From contig CAZVQC010000004.1 in the NCBI GenBank assembly GCA_964629225.1, positions 32,766-96,765 of the forward strand: a stretch of DNA of 64,000 nucleotides, in the 5' to 3' direction. The position numbers and the translations under genes were made by a program. Under the pieces are notes generated by a model that made no database searches, was not told the DNA's origin, and was given only the letters and a program-made list of their open reading frames with translations. Source of the stretch: an uncultured Ruminococcus sp. Its GTDB lineage: Bacteria > Bacillota > Clostridia > Oscillospirales > CAG-272. Of this stretch, positions 37,522-48,493 are shown one piece after another (position 1 is the first letter of the stretch; every line of letters begins with the position of its first letter).

Positions 37522-38862
37522 TTATCGTTCTTCTTCGATACCGTCCTCCTCGACGGTGACGAACTTAGTGTACTGTCCCATCCAACCCATTTTAATGTTG
37601 CCTTGGGAGCCGTGACGGTTCTTTGCGATGATGATCTCCGCTTTGTTCTGCTTTTCCGGATCATCCTTGTCGTACTCGCCGGGGCGGTAGATGAACATTA
37701 CTATGTCGGCATCCTGCTCGATAGCACCGGAGTCTCTTAAGTCGGACAGAACGGGACGGTTGTCCGGTCTTTTATCCGAGGCACGGGAGAGCTGGGCGCA
37801 GGTGATGACCGGAATAGCGAATTCCTTTGCCATCAATTTGAGGTTTCTCGATATCTCGGCGATCTCTTGGACTTTGTTCTCTATTCTGCGTTCGCTCTGC
37901 ATAAGGCCCAAATAGTCGATGACTACCAGCCCCACGTCCTTGATACGGCGAAGCTTTGACTTGATGCCGGTGACGGTGACTCCCGTGGTGTCGTCTATGA
38001 GGATCTCACAGCCGGTGAGCCTGGAGGCGGCACGCAGAAGCTTTTCCCAATCCTCGTCATCGAGAGTACCGGAACGCAGCTTGTAGGAGTCCACCAGAGC
38101 CTCACTTGACAGAAGTCTCGTTGCAAGCTGTTCCGTGGACATCTCAAGGGAGAAGATGCAGACTTTTTTCTTGCTCTTCATCGCCGCATTGACGGCTATG
38201 TTCATGGTGAAAGCAGTCTTTCCCATTCCGGGACGGGCCCCTACGAGCACGAGGTCTCCCTTTCCCATTCCCACAAGGACGTGATCCACTCCGGAAAAGC
38301 CGCTGGGCATTCCGATGGCGGCCTCTCGGTTGGTAGAAAGCTCGTGAAGTCGGTTAAATGACATCATGATAGCGTCTTGGATCTTGACGAAATCATGTGT
38401 CTCTCTTTGCTCCGCAATGGAATAGATGCGCTGTTCTGCCGATTCCAGGAGACGCTTTGTGTCCTCCGTCTCGGCATAGGCATCATTTGTGATCTCTGTG
38501 CAGGCTCCGATGAGGGCGCGGAGTATCGACTTGTCCCTAACGATCTTGGCGTAATCTGTGACGTTCGATGCAGTGGGGACGGTCTCGGAGATCAGGCTGA
38601 TGTATTCTTTCCCGCCGGTCTCATCATAGGCTCCGCTTTTTACAAGCTCATCAATTAGAGTGATGATGTCGATGGTCCGGCTCTTCAGATACATCGTCTG
38701 CATGGCGGAAAATATCTGCTTGTGCTCCGGGAAATAGAAGTCGTCGCTCGTTATGATGCCGACTACGGAGTCCATGCTGTCCGGTTTTATTAATATCGCA
38801 CCCAAGACGGATTGCTCCGCCTCAAGGGATGCCGGCAGTTTTCTTGAAAGTTCCTCGTTCAT
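37522..38862 (-). CDS. dnaB: Replicative DNA helicase
   Basis: EAEQSVLG, ARPGMGKT, FSLEM, DYLGL, LRDSGAIEQDAD, KNRHG. Confidence 0.97.
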   Translation of the reverse strand: MNEELSRKLPASLEAEQSVLGAILIKPDSMDSVVGIITSDDFYFPEHKQIFSAMQTMYLKSRTIDIITLIDELVKSGAYDETGGKEYISLISETVPTASNVTDYAKIVRDKSILRALIGACTEITNDAYAETEDTKRLLESAEQRIYSIAEQRETHDFVKIQDAIMMSFNRLHELSTNREAAIGMPSGFSGVDHVLVGMGKGDLVLVGARPGMGKTAFTMNIAVNAAMKSKKKVCIFSLEMSTEQLATRLLSSEALVDSYKLRSGTLDDEDWEKLLRAASRLTGCEILIDDTTGVTVTGIKSKLRRIKDVGLVVIDYLGLMQSERRIENKVQEIAEISRNLKLMAKEFAIPVITCAQLSRASDKRPDNRPVLSDLRDSGAIEQDADIVMFIYRPGEYDKDDPEKQNKAEIIIAKNRHGSQGNIKMGWMGQYTKFVTVEEDGIEEER

Positions 38863-38880
38863 TTTGTTCCCCTTGGCGGA

Positions 38881-39324
38881 TCAGTCGGATACTACGACGC
38901 TGATCGTTCCGGTGATTTCGGGATAGAGCTTCACGACGAGGCTGTAGGTGCCGAAAGCCTTGATGGGGCCGTCGGAAACTATTTTTCTGCGATCCACCTC
39001 AAGGGAATGCTGCTTTTTCAGTTCTTCGGAAATGTCGCTGGTGGTAACGGAACCGTAGAGCTTTCCGTCAGCCCCGGCTTTGCCCTTTATCTTGACCACA
39101 ACCGTTTCGAGCTTTGCTTTCAACTCCTTTGCGGCGGCGATCTCAAGATCGATCTTGTGCTGCTTTGAGGCTTCCTTGTTTTTGATGTCATTCATTGCCT
39201 TGGCATCGGCGGCAACCGCCAGTCCTTTCGGAAAGAGGAAGTTCCTTGCGTATCCGTCGGAAACGGTGACCACCGAGTCCTTTTTACCCTGTCCTTTTAC
39301 GTCTTTCAAAAGTACTACCTTCAT
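38881..39324 (-). CDS. rplI: 50S ribosomal protein L9
   Basis: [29 protein letters not shown]. Confidence 0.97.
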   Translation of the reverse strand: MKVVLLKDVKGQGKKDSVVTVSDGYARNFLFPKGLAVAADAKAMNDIKNKEASKQHKIDLEIAAAKELKAKLETVVVKIKGKAGADGKLYGSVTTSDISEELKKQHSLEVDRRKIVSDGPIKAFGTYSLVVKLYPEITGTISVVVSD

Positions 39325-41354
39325 TTTTGTGTCTCCTTTTTTCTTTCATTGACGGTGCTTTCGTCAAAGTATTTGTCGATGGCATTTTTCAAGAGCTCAA
39401 CTACTTTTTCCATGTCGGCGCCCTTGATTTGAGCGCCTGCCGCATCGAAATGTCCTCCGCCCTTCAACTGTTCGAGGATCAGCTGAACGTTGATGGTACC
39501 CACGCTTCTTGCGGAGATGTGGATGGCATCCGATATCTGCATCAGCACGAAAGATGCCTTGATGCCTTTGAGCTCAAGTAATTTGTCTGCGGCTCTCGAT
39601 GCGGGAATGTTGTCGTCGCTGTCTCCGACCCCTTCTCCGATGGCAATCGCCGTGATATCACGGTAGATTATTATGTTGGAACGGAACTTGTTTTCCCTTT
39701 CGTAATCGTCAAGGGACGTCTTAAAGAACTCTTGGATCGCAGATATGTCCGCCCCCCTGTCCTTGAGGTACAGCGCCGCACTGAAGGTTCTGGTTCCGGT
39801 GTTCTTTCTGAATTGGTTGGTGTCGAGAAGGATCCCTGCGAACATGAGATCCGCCTCTCTCGGAAGAAGGAGTTCTTCGGGAAGCACCTGCTCCAGCATC
39901 TCACAGACAAGCTCGCAGGTCGCTGATGCGGACGGCTCGATGTAAGAGAGCAAAAGCTCCTTTGGAAATTCTCCGGTCTTTCTGTGATGGTCGATTATCA
40001 TGATGTTATCACAACTCTCAACGAGTCTCGGTTCCTCGAACACGTTGATGTTGTTGACGTCGGCTACGATGAGAAGCGTGTCGGGCCCCACAAGGTCAAG
40101 CGCGGTCTCTCCGTCTGTCAAAATGTCGGAATATTCGGGGACGTCCTTGATCCAGTCAAGACATCTTTCGATACCGCTGAAGGACAGATCGGTGACGATG
40201 TTGACTTTGGCACCGCAGAAAAGGCACATTCTCGCAATGCCGACGGATGCTCCGAAGGCATCAAAATCCGGGCGTTTGTGAGCCATAATGATGACGTTGG
40301 AAGCTTTTGAGATGTGGACCAACATCTCGCTTGCTACGATCCTCGCTCTGACTTTTCCCTTCTTCTGGATGGTCTTGGTCCTGCCTCCGTAGATGCTGTG
40401 AGAACCGTCACGGTTTTTGACCACCACCTGGTCACCGCCTCGCTGAAGTGCCATTTCGAGAGCCGCCTGCGCGCCCTTTTCCTTTTCGGCGAAACTGCCG
40501 CCGATGTTGGCAATGCCCATGGACACCGTGATGGGAGTGCTTCCCGAGCCAACTCTTACGTCGCGGATCCGATCCAAAATGTCAAAGCGCCGTGCCACAA
40601 GGTCGTCGAATTTTTTTGCCTCAAAGAAGAAAATGTATCTGTCTGCCTGGTATTCTTTCAAAATACCGTTGGCTTCCGTTGCGAAATTACGGAGGATGCC
40701 TTCTGTCTCCGAAGACGCGTATCGGTACTCCTCCTGTTCGTGCTGAAGCAGCTCGTCAATATTGTCCACCATGATGTAGGCAACCATGACCTCGTGGTCC
40801 GCAAGCTCGCTTTGGGCTTTTTCAAGTTCGGTGATATCTCTCAGTGAGTAGAGTTCGTAGAGCTTGCTTCCCACGGAAATATCGGAGACGGAGACTTCGT
40901 AGAGCCGTCCGTCCGCAACGGCTCTTGCCGTTTTGTTTTCATCCGGCTCCGTTATGAAATCGAGAACTTCGGTGGAAAGGGAGCCTCTGAGAGATTTGAC
41001 GGTCTTGAGTTTTGCCGCCGCATCTCTGTTGTACCACAGTATCCTGTCGTCCTCTGCCTCGGCAATGAATGCCGGAAGCTTCACGGAGGTCATGGCAGAG
41101 AGCATGATCTCTCCGAGGAGGGGATGCAGCTCGGATTCTTTGGTCTCAAGGTCGATCTTCGGCCGCATGAAGCAGACCGCAAGGATGATGCAGACCGCAT
41201 AGAGCCCCAGCATTATCAGTCCGAAATAAAGCGGGTCGATATCCGAGAATGACACTGCCGCCACGTAGATCGCAAAAAACACTGCGGCGGCAAAGGCCGG
41301 AAGAAGGATGCCGAGAAAGCCGTGAGACATGGGCCTCATTTTTTTCGGTCTCAT
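39321..41354 (-). CDS. gdpP: Cyclic-di-AMP phosphodiesterase GdpP
   Basis: Two TM segments, PAS-like region, RGGDQV, H..PDFD, IDHH, GGGH. Conserved synteny with rplI-dnaB. Confidence 0.92.
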   Translation of the reverse strand: MRPKKMRPMSHGFLGILLPAFAAAVFFAIYVAAVSFSDIDPLYFGLIMLGLYAVCIILAVCFMRPKIDLETKESELHPLLGEIMLSAMTSVKLPAFIAEAEDDRILWYNRDAAAKLKTVKSLRGSLSTEVLDFITEPDENKTARAVADGRLYEVSVSDISVGSKLYELYSLRDITELEKAQSELADHEVMVAYIMVDNIDELLQHEQEEYRYASSETEGILRNFATEANGILKEYQADRYIFFFEAKKFDDLVARRFDILDRIRDVRVGSGSTPITVSMGIANIGGSFAEKEKGAQAALEMALQRGGDQVVVKNRDGSHSIYGGRTKTIQKKGKVRARIVASEMLVHISKASNVIIMAHKRPDFDAFGASVGIARMCLFCGAKVNIVTDLSFSGIERCLDWIKDVPEYSDILTDGETALDLVGPDTLLIVADVNNINVFEEPRLVESCDNIMIIDHHRKTGEFPKELLLSYIEPSASATCELVCEMLEQVLPEELLLPREADLMFAGILLDTNQFRKNTGTRTFSAALYLKDRGADISAIQEFFKTSLDDYERENKFRSNIIIYRDITAIAIGEGVGDSDDNIPASRAADKLLELKGIKASFVLMQISDAIHISARSVGTINVQLILEQLKGGGHFDAAGAQIKGADMEKVVELLKNAIDKYFDESTVNERKKETQK

Positions 41355-41397
41355 TTGAAAAACCTCCTGTCAGCTAAAAGGAAATTGGTCGGTGCTG

Positions 41398-42462
41398 TTA
41401 TTTGTCTCTGTTACGGGAAATAAGGGGCTTTACGATCTCATCCTTTACGATGCCGAAAGCACCTCCGAACGATACTATAACAAGGGGCAGAAGCAGATCG
41501 AAGAACAGCAAAAGGATGAGAAGCGGCCAAAGCATCGTCACAGACGGCCGGATCACTATCGTGTTGGGGCCGAGCTTCCGGGCGGCAGCCTTCGTTTCTC
41601 TCGTTCTTTTGACAATCATTGAAATGCCGACAGTCAGCATTGCCGGAAACATGACGACGATCACGTTCGTTACCGTAAAGTAGAAAGCGTTTTCGGTCTG
41701 AAAGGACGATAGAATGAGTGCGAGGATACCTGCCGATATGAAGACCACCGCCGCTACCGGATCTTTTCCCACGGCGATGGGGTGGGATGTTTTGTCGTTT
41801 TTTATCTTTCTTGCGAGAAGGAAGGTAAGGAGAACACCTACCGCCGATATGACCTCAAAGAACACGGCGATGAAAGCCGGCATGAGATTGAAGGTCCTGA
41901 CGAGGGCTTCCGTTATCTGTTGTTCGGTGACTGTGACATTTGAGCCTGCCGCCGATACCGCCGCCTTCATAAGCTCATTCGTTGAGGAGAAAAGCTGATC
42001 TAAGAATTCGGATGCTCCGGAAATGATGTTTCCGTAACTTTGAAAGATGAAGTACAGAGCTGACAATAGCGAAAAGATCAAAGCGGTTACCGTGGCACTT
42101 ATTACCGTTCCGAAAAAGGAGACCTTCTTTTCAAGGCAGATGCCCACGACCGTTCCCAAAACGGCAAAGGAGAATGCGGGGATCAGAGAAGCCGCTGCAT
42201 CTCTTGAAAGCAGAAATAGCGCCGTTGCCGATATGATGGGCGCCGCAAGAAGCACGGCGGGATATTTTGAGGTGGAAAATACTGCGGCGAAGAATATCGA
42301 TGCCGCAAACATGAAGAAAACGGAGAGGGTGGCGATACCGGACAGGGTCCCCAATGCCGTCGCGGCCGCGGTAAAGGCGATGGTCTTGCCAAGAGAGAGT
42401 GCGCCGACCCTGTTCTCGGCACAGCCTTTTTCAAAAGAGGGCACAGCTTTTTCTCCGTCCAT
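41398..42462 (-). CDS. YybS/DUF2232-like membrane protein
   Basis: Multi-TM protein in the yybS position upstream of gdpP-rplI-dnaB. Confidence 0.65.
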   Translation of the reverse strand: MDGEKAVPSFEKGCAENRVGALSLGKTIAFTAAATALGTLSGIATLSVFFMFAASIFFAAVFSTSKYPAVLLAAPIISATALFLLSRDAAASLIPAFSFAVLGTVVGICLEKKVSFFGTVISATVTALIFSLLSALYFIFQSYGNIISGASEFLDQLFSSTNELMKAAVSAAGSNVTVTEQQITEALVRTFNLMPAFIAVFFEVISAVGVLLTFLLARKIKNDKTSHPIAVGKDPVAAVVFISAGILALILSSFQTENAFYFTVTNVIVVMFPAMLTVGISMIVKRTRETKAAARKLGPNTIVIRPSVTMLWPLLILLLFFDLLLPLVIVSFGGAFGIVKDEIVKPLISRNRDK

Positions 42463-42709
42463 TTTTCTCCGTCCTACCTTTCTTTTTCGTATTGACCGAT
42501 AAGTCACCAATTTATCAAATCCTATTATACCAAAATCTTCAGGCTTTGTAAACCGCAAAAATGAAAATAATAGTACAGAGTATCAAGTGGCAGAAAAAGG
42601 GCGAGATATCAAAAAAATCCCGAAGCCTTGGCGTTTTCTGTTGCAAAACGGTTTTTTATCTTATATAATGTAACGAGAACAGAGCAACGCGAGCAAAGCG
42701 GAGGAAAAA

Positions 42710-44143
42710 ATGAACGGGAAAAACGATACCGAAAAAAGGCTTTTGAAAAAACTGTCCGGAAAGAAAGCGGTGCTTTTGGGTGCCGGGGTATCCAACACCC
42801 CCCTTGCCGCCTTTTTGACACACTACGGCGCCTCGGTGGAGGTGCGGGACAAAAAGACGAGGGAGGAGCTGGGAGAGAACGGCGACGCCTTTGAAAAGTG
42901 CGGGGCCATTTTGGTACTCGGAGACGGATATCTTGACGGTATCAAAGGAGATCTTGTTTTCAGGTCTCCCGGATTTCGTCCGGATATGGAAGCGCTGGAA
43001 GAGGCAAGAAAAAACGGAGTCACAGTCACATCGGAGACGGAGCTCTTTATGGAACTGAGACCGGCATTTGTCATCGGTGTTACCGGAAGTGACGGAAAGA
43101 GCACCACCACCACCCTGATATCCAAGATATTGGAGAAGGTTTTTGATGGCACCGACAGAAACGCCTATCTCGGCGGCAACATCGGTTTTCCCCTTCTTGA
43201 CCGTGTGGTCGGAATGAAAAAAGAGGATGTGGTAGCGGCGGAGCTTTCGAGTTTTCAGCTCATGACAGTCTCCCGTCCCGTCGACGTTGCCGTTATTACC
43301 AACGTTACGCCGAATCATCTTAACTGGCACACCGGTATGGACGAGTACATTGCCGCCAAAGCGAACATTTTGAAGGGCGCCGGTCGCGCGGTGCTTAACT
43401 TCGGAAATGAGATCACAAGAGAACTTGGGCGGGGGCTCGATATCCCCATCACGTATTTTTCAAGGGAGCCCATTGCCTCCGGGGAACTGCAAAAAAAGGA
43501 CAGCGCGATTTTCCTTGAAGACGGAAAGATAGTATTTTATGAAAAGGCAGACGGCCACAGAAGAGTCGTCTTGGACAGAAGTGATATCCTGCTTCCGGGT
43601 CTCCACAATGCGGAAAACTACATGGCAGCGTTTGCGGCAACGGTCGGTATCGCGAAGGACTGTGATGTTTTGGAGGTAGCTCGGACCTTCGGAGGGGTGA
43701 AGCATCGGCTTGAACTGATACGAGTCGTTGACGGAGTCAGATGCTATAACAGTTCTATCGACTCCTCTCCAACACGAACTGCGGCGGCGCTCAGCGCTAT
43801 AACCGACAGACCGATCAATATCATCTGCGGCGGATACGACAAAAAGATACCCTTTGCTCCCCTGGCTCAGGCACTTGCGGACTGCCCCAACCTTAAGACG
43901 GTAACTTTGACCGGAGCCACGGCGGAAAAGATAAGAGAGGCGATAGAAGCTCTTCCGGAGAAAAAAAGAAAAAAACTTCGGGTATTTGAGCAAAAGGATC
44001 TTAGGGCGGCGGTGCTTGAAGCCAAGTCCCACTGCGACAGAGGGGACGTTCTCCTGCTATCTCCCGCTTGTGCAAGCTTTGATGCTTTTAAAAACTTTGA
44101 GGAGAGAGGCGACTATTTCAGAAAGATCGTCTCGGAGATGTGA
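42710..44143 (+). CDS. murD: UDP-N-acetylmuramoyl-L-alanine--D-glutamate ligase
   Basis: RSPG, TGSDGKSTT, ELSSFQL, HRLE, LSPACASFD.FKNFEERG. Confidence 0.95.
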   Translation: MNGKNDTEKRLLKKLSGKKAVLLGAGVSNTPLAAFLTHYGASVEVRDKKTREELGENGDAFEKCGAILVLGDGYLDGIKGDLVFRSPGFRPDMEALEEARKNGVTVTSETELFMELRPAFVIGVTGSDGKSTTTTLISKILEKVFDGTDRNAYLGGNIGFPLLDRVVGMKKEDVVAAELSSFQLMTVSRPVDVAVITNVTPNHLNWHTGMDEYIAAKANILKGAGRAVLNFGNEITRELGRGLDIPITYFSREPIASGELQKKDSAIFLEDGKIVFYEKADGHRRVVLDRSDILLPGLHNAENYMAAFAATVGIAKDCDVLEVARTFGGVKHRLELIRVVDGVRCYNSSIDSSPTRTAAALSAITDRPINIICGGYDKKIPFAPLAQALADCPNLKTVTLTGATAEKIREAIEALPEKKRKKLRVFEQKDLRAAVLEAKSHCDRGDVLLLSPACASFDAFKNFEERGDYFRKIVSEM

Positions 44144-45207
44144 TGGACGGAGAAAAAATGATCGATGTGAAAAAACTGCTCTTCGATCTTTCCGCTCTCG
44201 GAACAGTGACGGGAAGGGAAAAATCGGGAGCCGAAAAGCTGCGGGCACTTGTGGGCAGCTATTATGACGAATGCTATTTTGACAGGACCGGAAACGCTGT
44301 TTTTATCAAGAGATGCGGAAAGGCGGGAGCGAAAAGGATCCTGCTGGATGCTCATTTTGACGAGATAGGATTTGCAGTGACCGGCATTTGCGACGGTGGC
44401 TTTTTGAAAATATGTCCCGTAGGCGGCTTTGATCGGGGAATACTTCCCGCATCGGAGGTGATCATCTACGGCAAGGAGACCCTCTTCGGGGTGATAGCCG
44501 CCACTCCCGCACACCTTCAAAAGCCCGGCGAAAACAAAAAGAATCCCAAGTTCGAGGAACTCATTGTTGACACCGGATACGAAAGAAGCGAGCTTGAAAA
44601 ACTCGTATTCGTGGGAACTCTCGTGGGCTTTCGCTCCAAATGCACGGAACTTCTCGGCGGTAGGGTCTGCGGCGGTGGATTTGATGACAAAGCCTGCTGT
44701 GCCGGCATTACGGCGGCGGTGGCTATGAGCGACCGCGACAGGCTTGCCGGGGACGTCTATGCCGTCTATTCCGTCAGAGAAGAGATCGGAGGAGAGGGAC
44801 CGACCCTTGCGGCTTTTGACATAAGACCGGATGCGGCACTTGTGTGCGACGTGACCTTTGCACAAACGCCGGGGACGGAAAAGAGTCAGACGGTACTCTA
44901 CGGAAAAGGTCCGTCGGTGGCGATAAGCGCCACCTGTGACCGGGATCTCGGAAAGAGAATAATGCGGATAGCAAAAGAAAAAGGTATCCCGCTTTCCATT
45001 GAAGTGGTCGATACCGACAGAGGAACAAATGCAGCGGCCCTCGCCCTTGCAATGGAGGGTATCTCCTGCGTTAATATCAGCATTCCCATCGGGAATATGC
45101 ATACCTATAACGAGGCCCTTGAGATCTCGGATGCCGAGAATTTTGCAAGACTTCTCAGCGCCGTCATCTGCGACGGATCCGTTTTCGAAAAGGAGGTATG
45201 GGCATGA
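44140..45207 (+). CDS. M42 family metallopeptidase (subunit 1)
   Basis: AHFDEIG, FDDK, REEIG, CDVT, NMH. Confidence 0.88.
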   Translation: MMDGEKMIDVKKLLFDLSALGTVTGREKSGAEKLRALVGSYYDECYFDRTGNAVFIKRCGKAGAKRILLDAHFDEIGFAVTGICDGGFLKICPVGGFDRGILPASEVIIYGKETLFGVIAATPAHLQKPGENKKNPKFEELIVDTGYERSELEKLVFVGTLVGFRSKCTELLGGRVCGGGFDDKACCAGITAAVAMSDRDRLAGDVYAVYSVREEIGGEGPTLAAFDIRPDAALVCDVTFAQTPGTEKSQTVLYGKGPSVAISATCDRDLGKRIMRIAKEKGIPLSIEVVDTDRGTNAAALALAMEGISCVNISIPIGNMHTYNEALEISDAENFARLLSAVICDGSVFEKEVWA

Positions 45208-46289
45208 GTCTTAAAGAATTCTACGGAACGGAGCTTCTTCGGGAGCTGTGCCTTGCCTTCGGTCCCTCCGGGGAGGAGGGCGAGGTGGCATCCAAGATAC
45301 TCAAATGTACCGAAGGGTGCTACGACGAGCGGATCCCCGACGGAATGCACAGCGTGATCTTGAAGATATCCGCAAGAAAAAAAGGCAGCGCTCCCCTCGG
45401 AATAAAACGGCTTTTACTCTCGTCTCACATGGATGAGGTTGGATTCATCGTTAACGAGATAACCGACGAGGGGTATCTTAGATTCCTCATCCTTTCCGGC
45501 AGTGACACAAGGGTCTGGAAGGGTAGAAACGTTACCGTAGGAAAGCCCGGGCACACGGTAAAGGGATACGTTGGGGCAAAGCCGATCCATCTGATAAAAC
45601 GGGATGAGAGGGATACCTCGACCCCTCCGGAGGAGCTCTATGTTGATATCGGAGCAAAAAGCCGAGAGGAAGCGGAGAAATACGTTTCCGTGGGCGACCT
45701 TGGAACCTATGACAGCGACTTTGTCAGATTCGGCAGTGATATGAGGATGATAAAAGCGAAGGCTATCGACGACAGACTCGGATGCGCGGTCATGTGTGAC
45801 CTTGTGAGAGATGTGTGGAAAATGAAGGATGAGCTTTCCTTTGACGTCTTTTTTGCCTTCACCTGCAAGGAGGAGTTGGGTCTCTCCGGCGCCGCCTGTG
45901 CCGCTTATAAGGTGGACCCGGATCACGCACTGGTATTTGAATCCACCTGTGCGGCGGATATCGACGGAGTTCCTCCCCACAGACAGGTCACGGTTCAAGG
46001 CAGGGGAGGAGCGCTCTCTATAATGGACCGCTCGACAGTTTACGATGGGGAGTTCACCGAGTTTTTGAAAAAAACCGCAGAGGAGAAAAAGATACCGGTG
46101 CAGTACAAGCAGTACGTCTCCGGCGGCAACGATGCGGGAAGCATCAGGAAAGTCAGAGCCGGAGTAAAATGCGCCGCCGTCTCGGCGCCGGTGCGCTATA
46201 TCCACTCTCCTTCCTGCGTTTTGCGGGAGAGCGATATGTTCGCAATAAAAGAGCTTGCGCTCAGTGCGATAACAGAATTATGTAAGTGA
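45204..46289 (+). CDS. M42 family metallopeptidase (subunit 2)
   Basis: SHMDEVG, IDDR, KEELG, FEST, RYIHS. AGGAGG RBS. Confidence 0.9.
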   Translation: MSLKEFYGTELLRELCLAFGPSGEEGEVASKILKCTEGCYDERIPDGMHSVILKISARKKGSAPLGIKRLLLSSHMDEVGFIVNEITDEGYLRFLILSGSDTRVWKGRNVTVGKPGHTVKGYVGAKPIHLIKRDERDTSTPPEELYVDIGAKSREEAEKYVSVGDLGTYDSDFVRFGSDMRMIKAKAIDDRLGCAVMCDLVRDVWKMKDELSFDVFFAFTCKEELGLSGAACAAYKVDPDHALVFESTCAADIDGVPPHRQVTVQGRGGALSIMDRSTVYDGEFTEFLKKTAEEKKIPVQYKQYVSGGNDAGSIRKVRAGVKCAAVSAPVRYIHSPSCVLRESDMFAIKELALSAITELCK

Positions 46290-46296
46290 GGTCGTC

Positions 46297-47295
46297 ATGT
46301 TTCAGATATTAAAAAAATACGTATCGGTTCAGGCAGTATCCGGACGGGAAGAAAAGCTGTCGCAGGTAATAGAGGAGGCGGTGTCGCCTTATGTTGACTC
46401 CGTCAGACGGGACGCCACGGGAAATCTCATCGCATTCAAAAAGGGAAGCGACAGAGATGCGAAAAAGCTGATGTTTGCCGCCCACATGGATGAGATCGGC
46501 TTTCTTACTACTTTTATCTGCGAAAACGGCATGATAAGAGTTGCTCCCGTCGGTGGTATCAGCTTCGTGTCTGCGGCGTTCACCCACGTTGTTTTCGAAA
46601 ACGGAACGAAGGGAGTCCTTGTGACCGAGAGCGGAACGAAGCCGGAGGAGATAAACGGGGACAATATCCTTGTTGATATCGGCGCACAGAGCCGAAAAGA
46701 GGCCGAAAAACGGGTCTTTGTGGGCGAGAGAGTATCAACAGTACCCTCCCTTGAAAAACTCGCTAAAAAGAGGGTCTGTGGCCGGCCTATCGACAACCGT
46801 ATCGGATGTGCCGTTATGACGGAGGCACTAAGGAAGATCGTCGACTGCAAAAACGACACATACTTCGTTTTCACCGCCCAAGAGGAGGTGGGACTTCGAG
46901 GTTCCCGTCCCGCCGCATTTGGAATAATGCCCGATTTTGGAGTGGCGGTGGACGTCTGCTCTACCGGGGATGCCGAGGGAGACAAATTCATGAATGTGAA
47001 ACTTGGCGGCGGAGCCGCCGTTAAGGTCAAAGATGCTTCCGTCTTATCCGATGCCCCATTCGTTGAGACTATAGTCGGCATCGCAAAGAAACGGGGCATC
47101 AAGCACCAGATGGAGATCCTCATTAAAGGCGGAACGGATGCCGCCTCCATGCAGCTCGCCGGATCGGGGGCAGCCGTGAGCGGTATTTCGATACCGACAA
47201 GATACATCCACTCTTCAGTGGAAACGGTGGACCTTGAGGACGCCGAAGCAGCAGCGGAACTGATCGCAGCACTCGCCGAGACTTCGCTGAAATAA
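46297..47295 (+). CDS. M42 family metallopeptidase (subunit 3)
   Basis: AHMDEIG, IDNR, QEEVG, VDVC, GGTD, RYIHS. Confidence 0.92.
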   Translation: MFQILKKYVSVQAVSGREEKLSQVIEEAVSPYVDSVRRDATGNLIAFKKGSDRDAKKLMFAAHMDEIGFLTTFICENGMIRVAPVGGISFVSAAFTHVVFENGTKGVLVTESGTKPEEINGDNILVDIGAQSRKEAEKRVFVGERVSTVPSLEKLAKKRVCGRPIDNRIGCAVMTEALRKIVDCKNDTYFVFTAQEEVGLRGSRPAAFGIMPDFGVAVDVCSTGDAEGDKFMNVKLGGGAAVKVKDASVLSDAPFVETIVGIAKKRGIKHQMEILIKGGTDAASMQLAGSGAAVSGISIPTRYIHSSVETVDLEDAEAAAELIAALAETSLK

Positions 47296-47314
47296 AATGT
47301 TTCTAGTGATAGCA

Positions 47315-47364
47315 AAAGGAGCTACCCCAAATGCATCGAAATCCGCATTTGAGGCAGCTCCTTT
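47315..47364 (+). terminator. Long hairpin or terminator after the M42 cluster
   Basis: AAAGGAGCTACCCCAAATGC...GCATTTGAGGCAGCTCCTTT imperfect stem. Confidence 0.65.
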
Positions 47365-47511
47365 GTTATTCTGTTAGATCGAATGGACAAGCACTGTCTG
47401 AAAGTCGCGCTTTTTACCCATCTTTACGGATAATGACACGGTTTATGCAATTAGTTGTCTGCTCGTGCCCAAACATATATTAAAAGCGGCGTTTTGCTAA
47501 TTATGTTTGGA

Positions 47512-47802
47512 TCACATTGCTTGAAAAGATTTATCTTTTAAATTTACACCTTTTTTGCCGAGAGTATTTAAGCAATCGATATTGGCGGATGTTCCTTTGC
47601 TTTTACCGATCCGGATCATAATTCCCATTTGTTTTAACCTTACAGGTTTTTTCTGCAAAGTGTATTTGATTTTATCTTCTTCATTTGAACACTTTTGAGC
47701 CTGAAAAGCAGTTTCGACACAACAAATATCGGTTTGAAGCCACTGGAGCAAAACATTTTGCTCACTAAGATAGTACAGAGTATTCCTGTTGTCAAATCTA
47801 TC
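47512..47802 (-). pseudogene. Possible AT-rich gene remnant ending in a winged-helix-like segment
   Basis: About 97 open codons with no good start or RBS. RLKQMGIMIRIGKSKGT resembles the C-terminal wHTH wing of Fic/RecG-C-type proteins. Confidence 0.25.
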
Positions 47803-48040
47803 TTAGATCAGGGATCTGTTTTTTTCTTGAAAGGAACGGGAAAGCCTTGAATTTGATCGGATTACTGTAATTTTGATGTGCCGTCCCTTTCTTTTTTCCA
47901 AGATACGCTTCATCGCCGCTGCAGATGCGAGATATCCGGATGCTTGATATAACATGAATGCCCTTGGCGGCGATACGGTTGCCGAGGCGTTTTATAACGG
48001 AGCCGATCGGCAGTATGAGAATGACAGTTGATGCTTTCGC

Positions 48041-48075
48041 AAAAAAGTACCCGACGACACCGGTCGTCGGGTACT
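48041..48075 (-). terminator. Terminator of the DUF4234-DUF2752-TM2 operon
   Basis: AGTACCCGACGAC-ACCG-GTCGTCGGGTACT with an A6 run on + (U-tract on -). Confidence 0.85.
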
Positions 48076-48092
48076 GCTGTTTTTTAGATGGA

Positions 48093-48491
48093 TCAGAATT
48101 CCTTCTTAAGAGGAACGCCGTTTGCATCTTTGTCAAGAGAACCTGTGAGAAGTCTGATGAAGTCCACAAGTGCCCAAATGCTTCCGCCCACACCGGTGCA
48201 CACGGTAAGTACTATCTTGATGATGCCGTACTTAGTGTAGCCGAGGTAGAAATCGTGGATACCGAATCCGCCGAGGAAGAAAGCGAGGAGAACAGCCGCC
48301 AGCTTGGACTTAGCCTCTCCGCTTGCAGAACCTTTTACAGCCGCACCGCAGTTTACGCAGATAGCCGCACCGGGATTGATCTGTGCGCCGCAGTTGCCGC
48401 AGAAGTTCTCGCCTGCGCCTTTGGCAAAGCCGCAATTCATGCAAGCTACAGCATTCTCATTTAACATTGCTCCGCAATTCTTACAGTACAT
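48093..48491 (-). CDS. Double zinc-ribbon plus TM2 domain protein
   Basis: CKNCG..CMNCG and CGNCG..CVNCG, then KSKLAAVLLAFFLGGFGIHDFYLG (TM2 signature). AGGAGG RBS. Confidence 0.92.
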   Translation of the reverse strand: MYCKNCGAMLNENAVACMNCGFAKGAGENFCGNCGAQINPGAAICVNCGAAVKGSASGEAKSKLAAVLLAFFLGGFGIHDFYLGYTKYGIIKIVLTVCTGVGGSIWALVDFIRLLTGSLDKDANGVPLKKEF

Positions 48492-48493
48492 GA

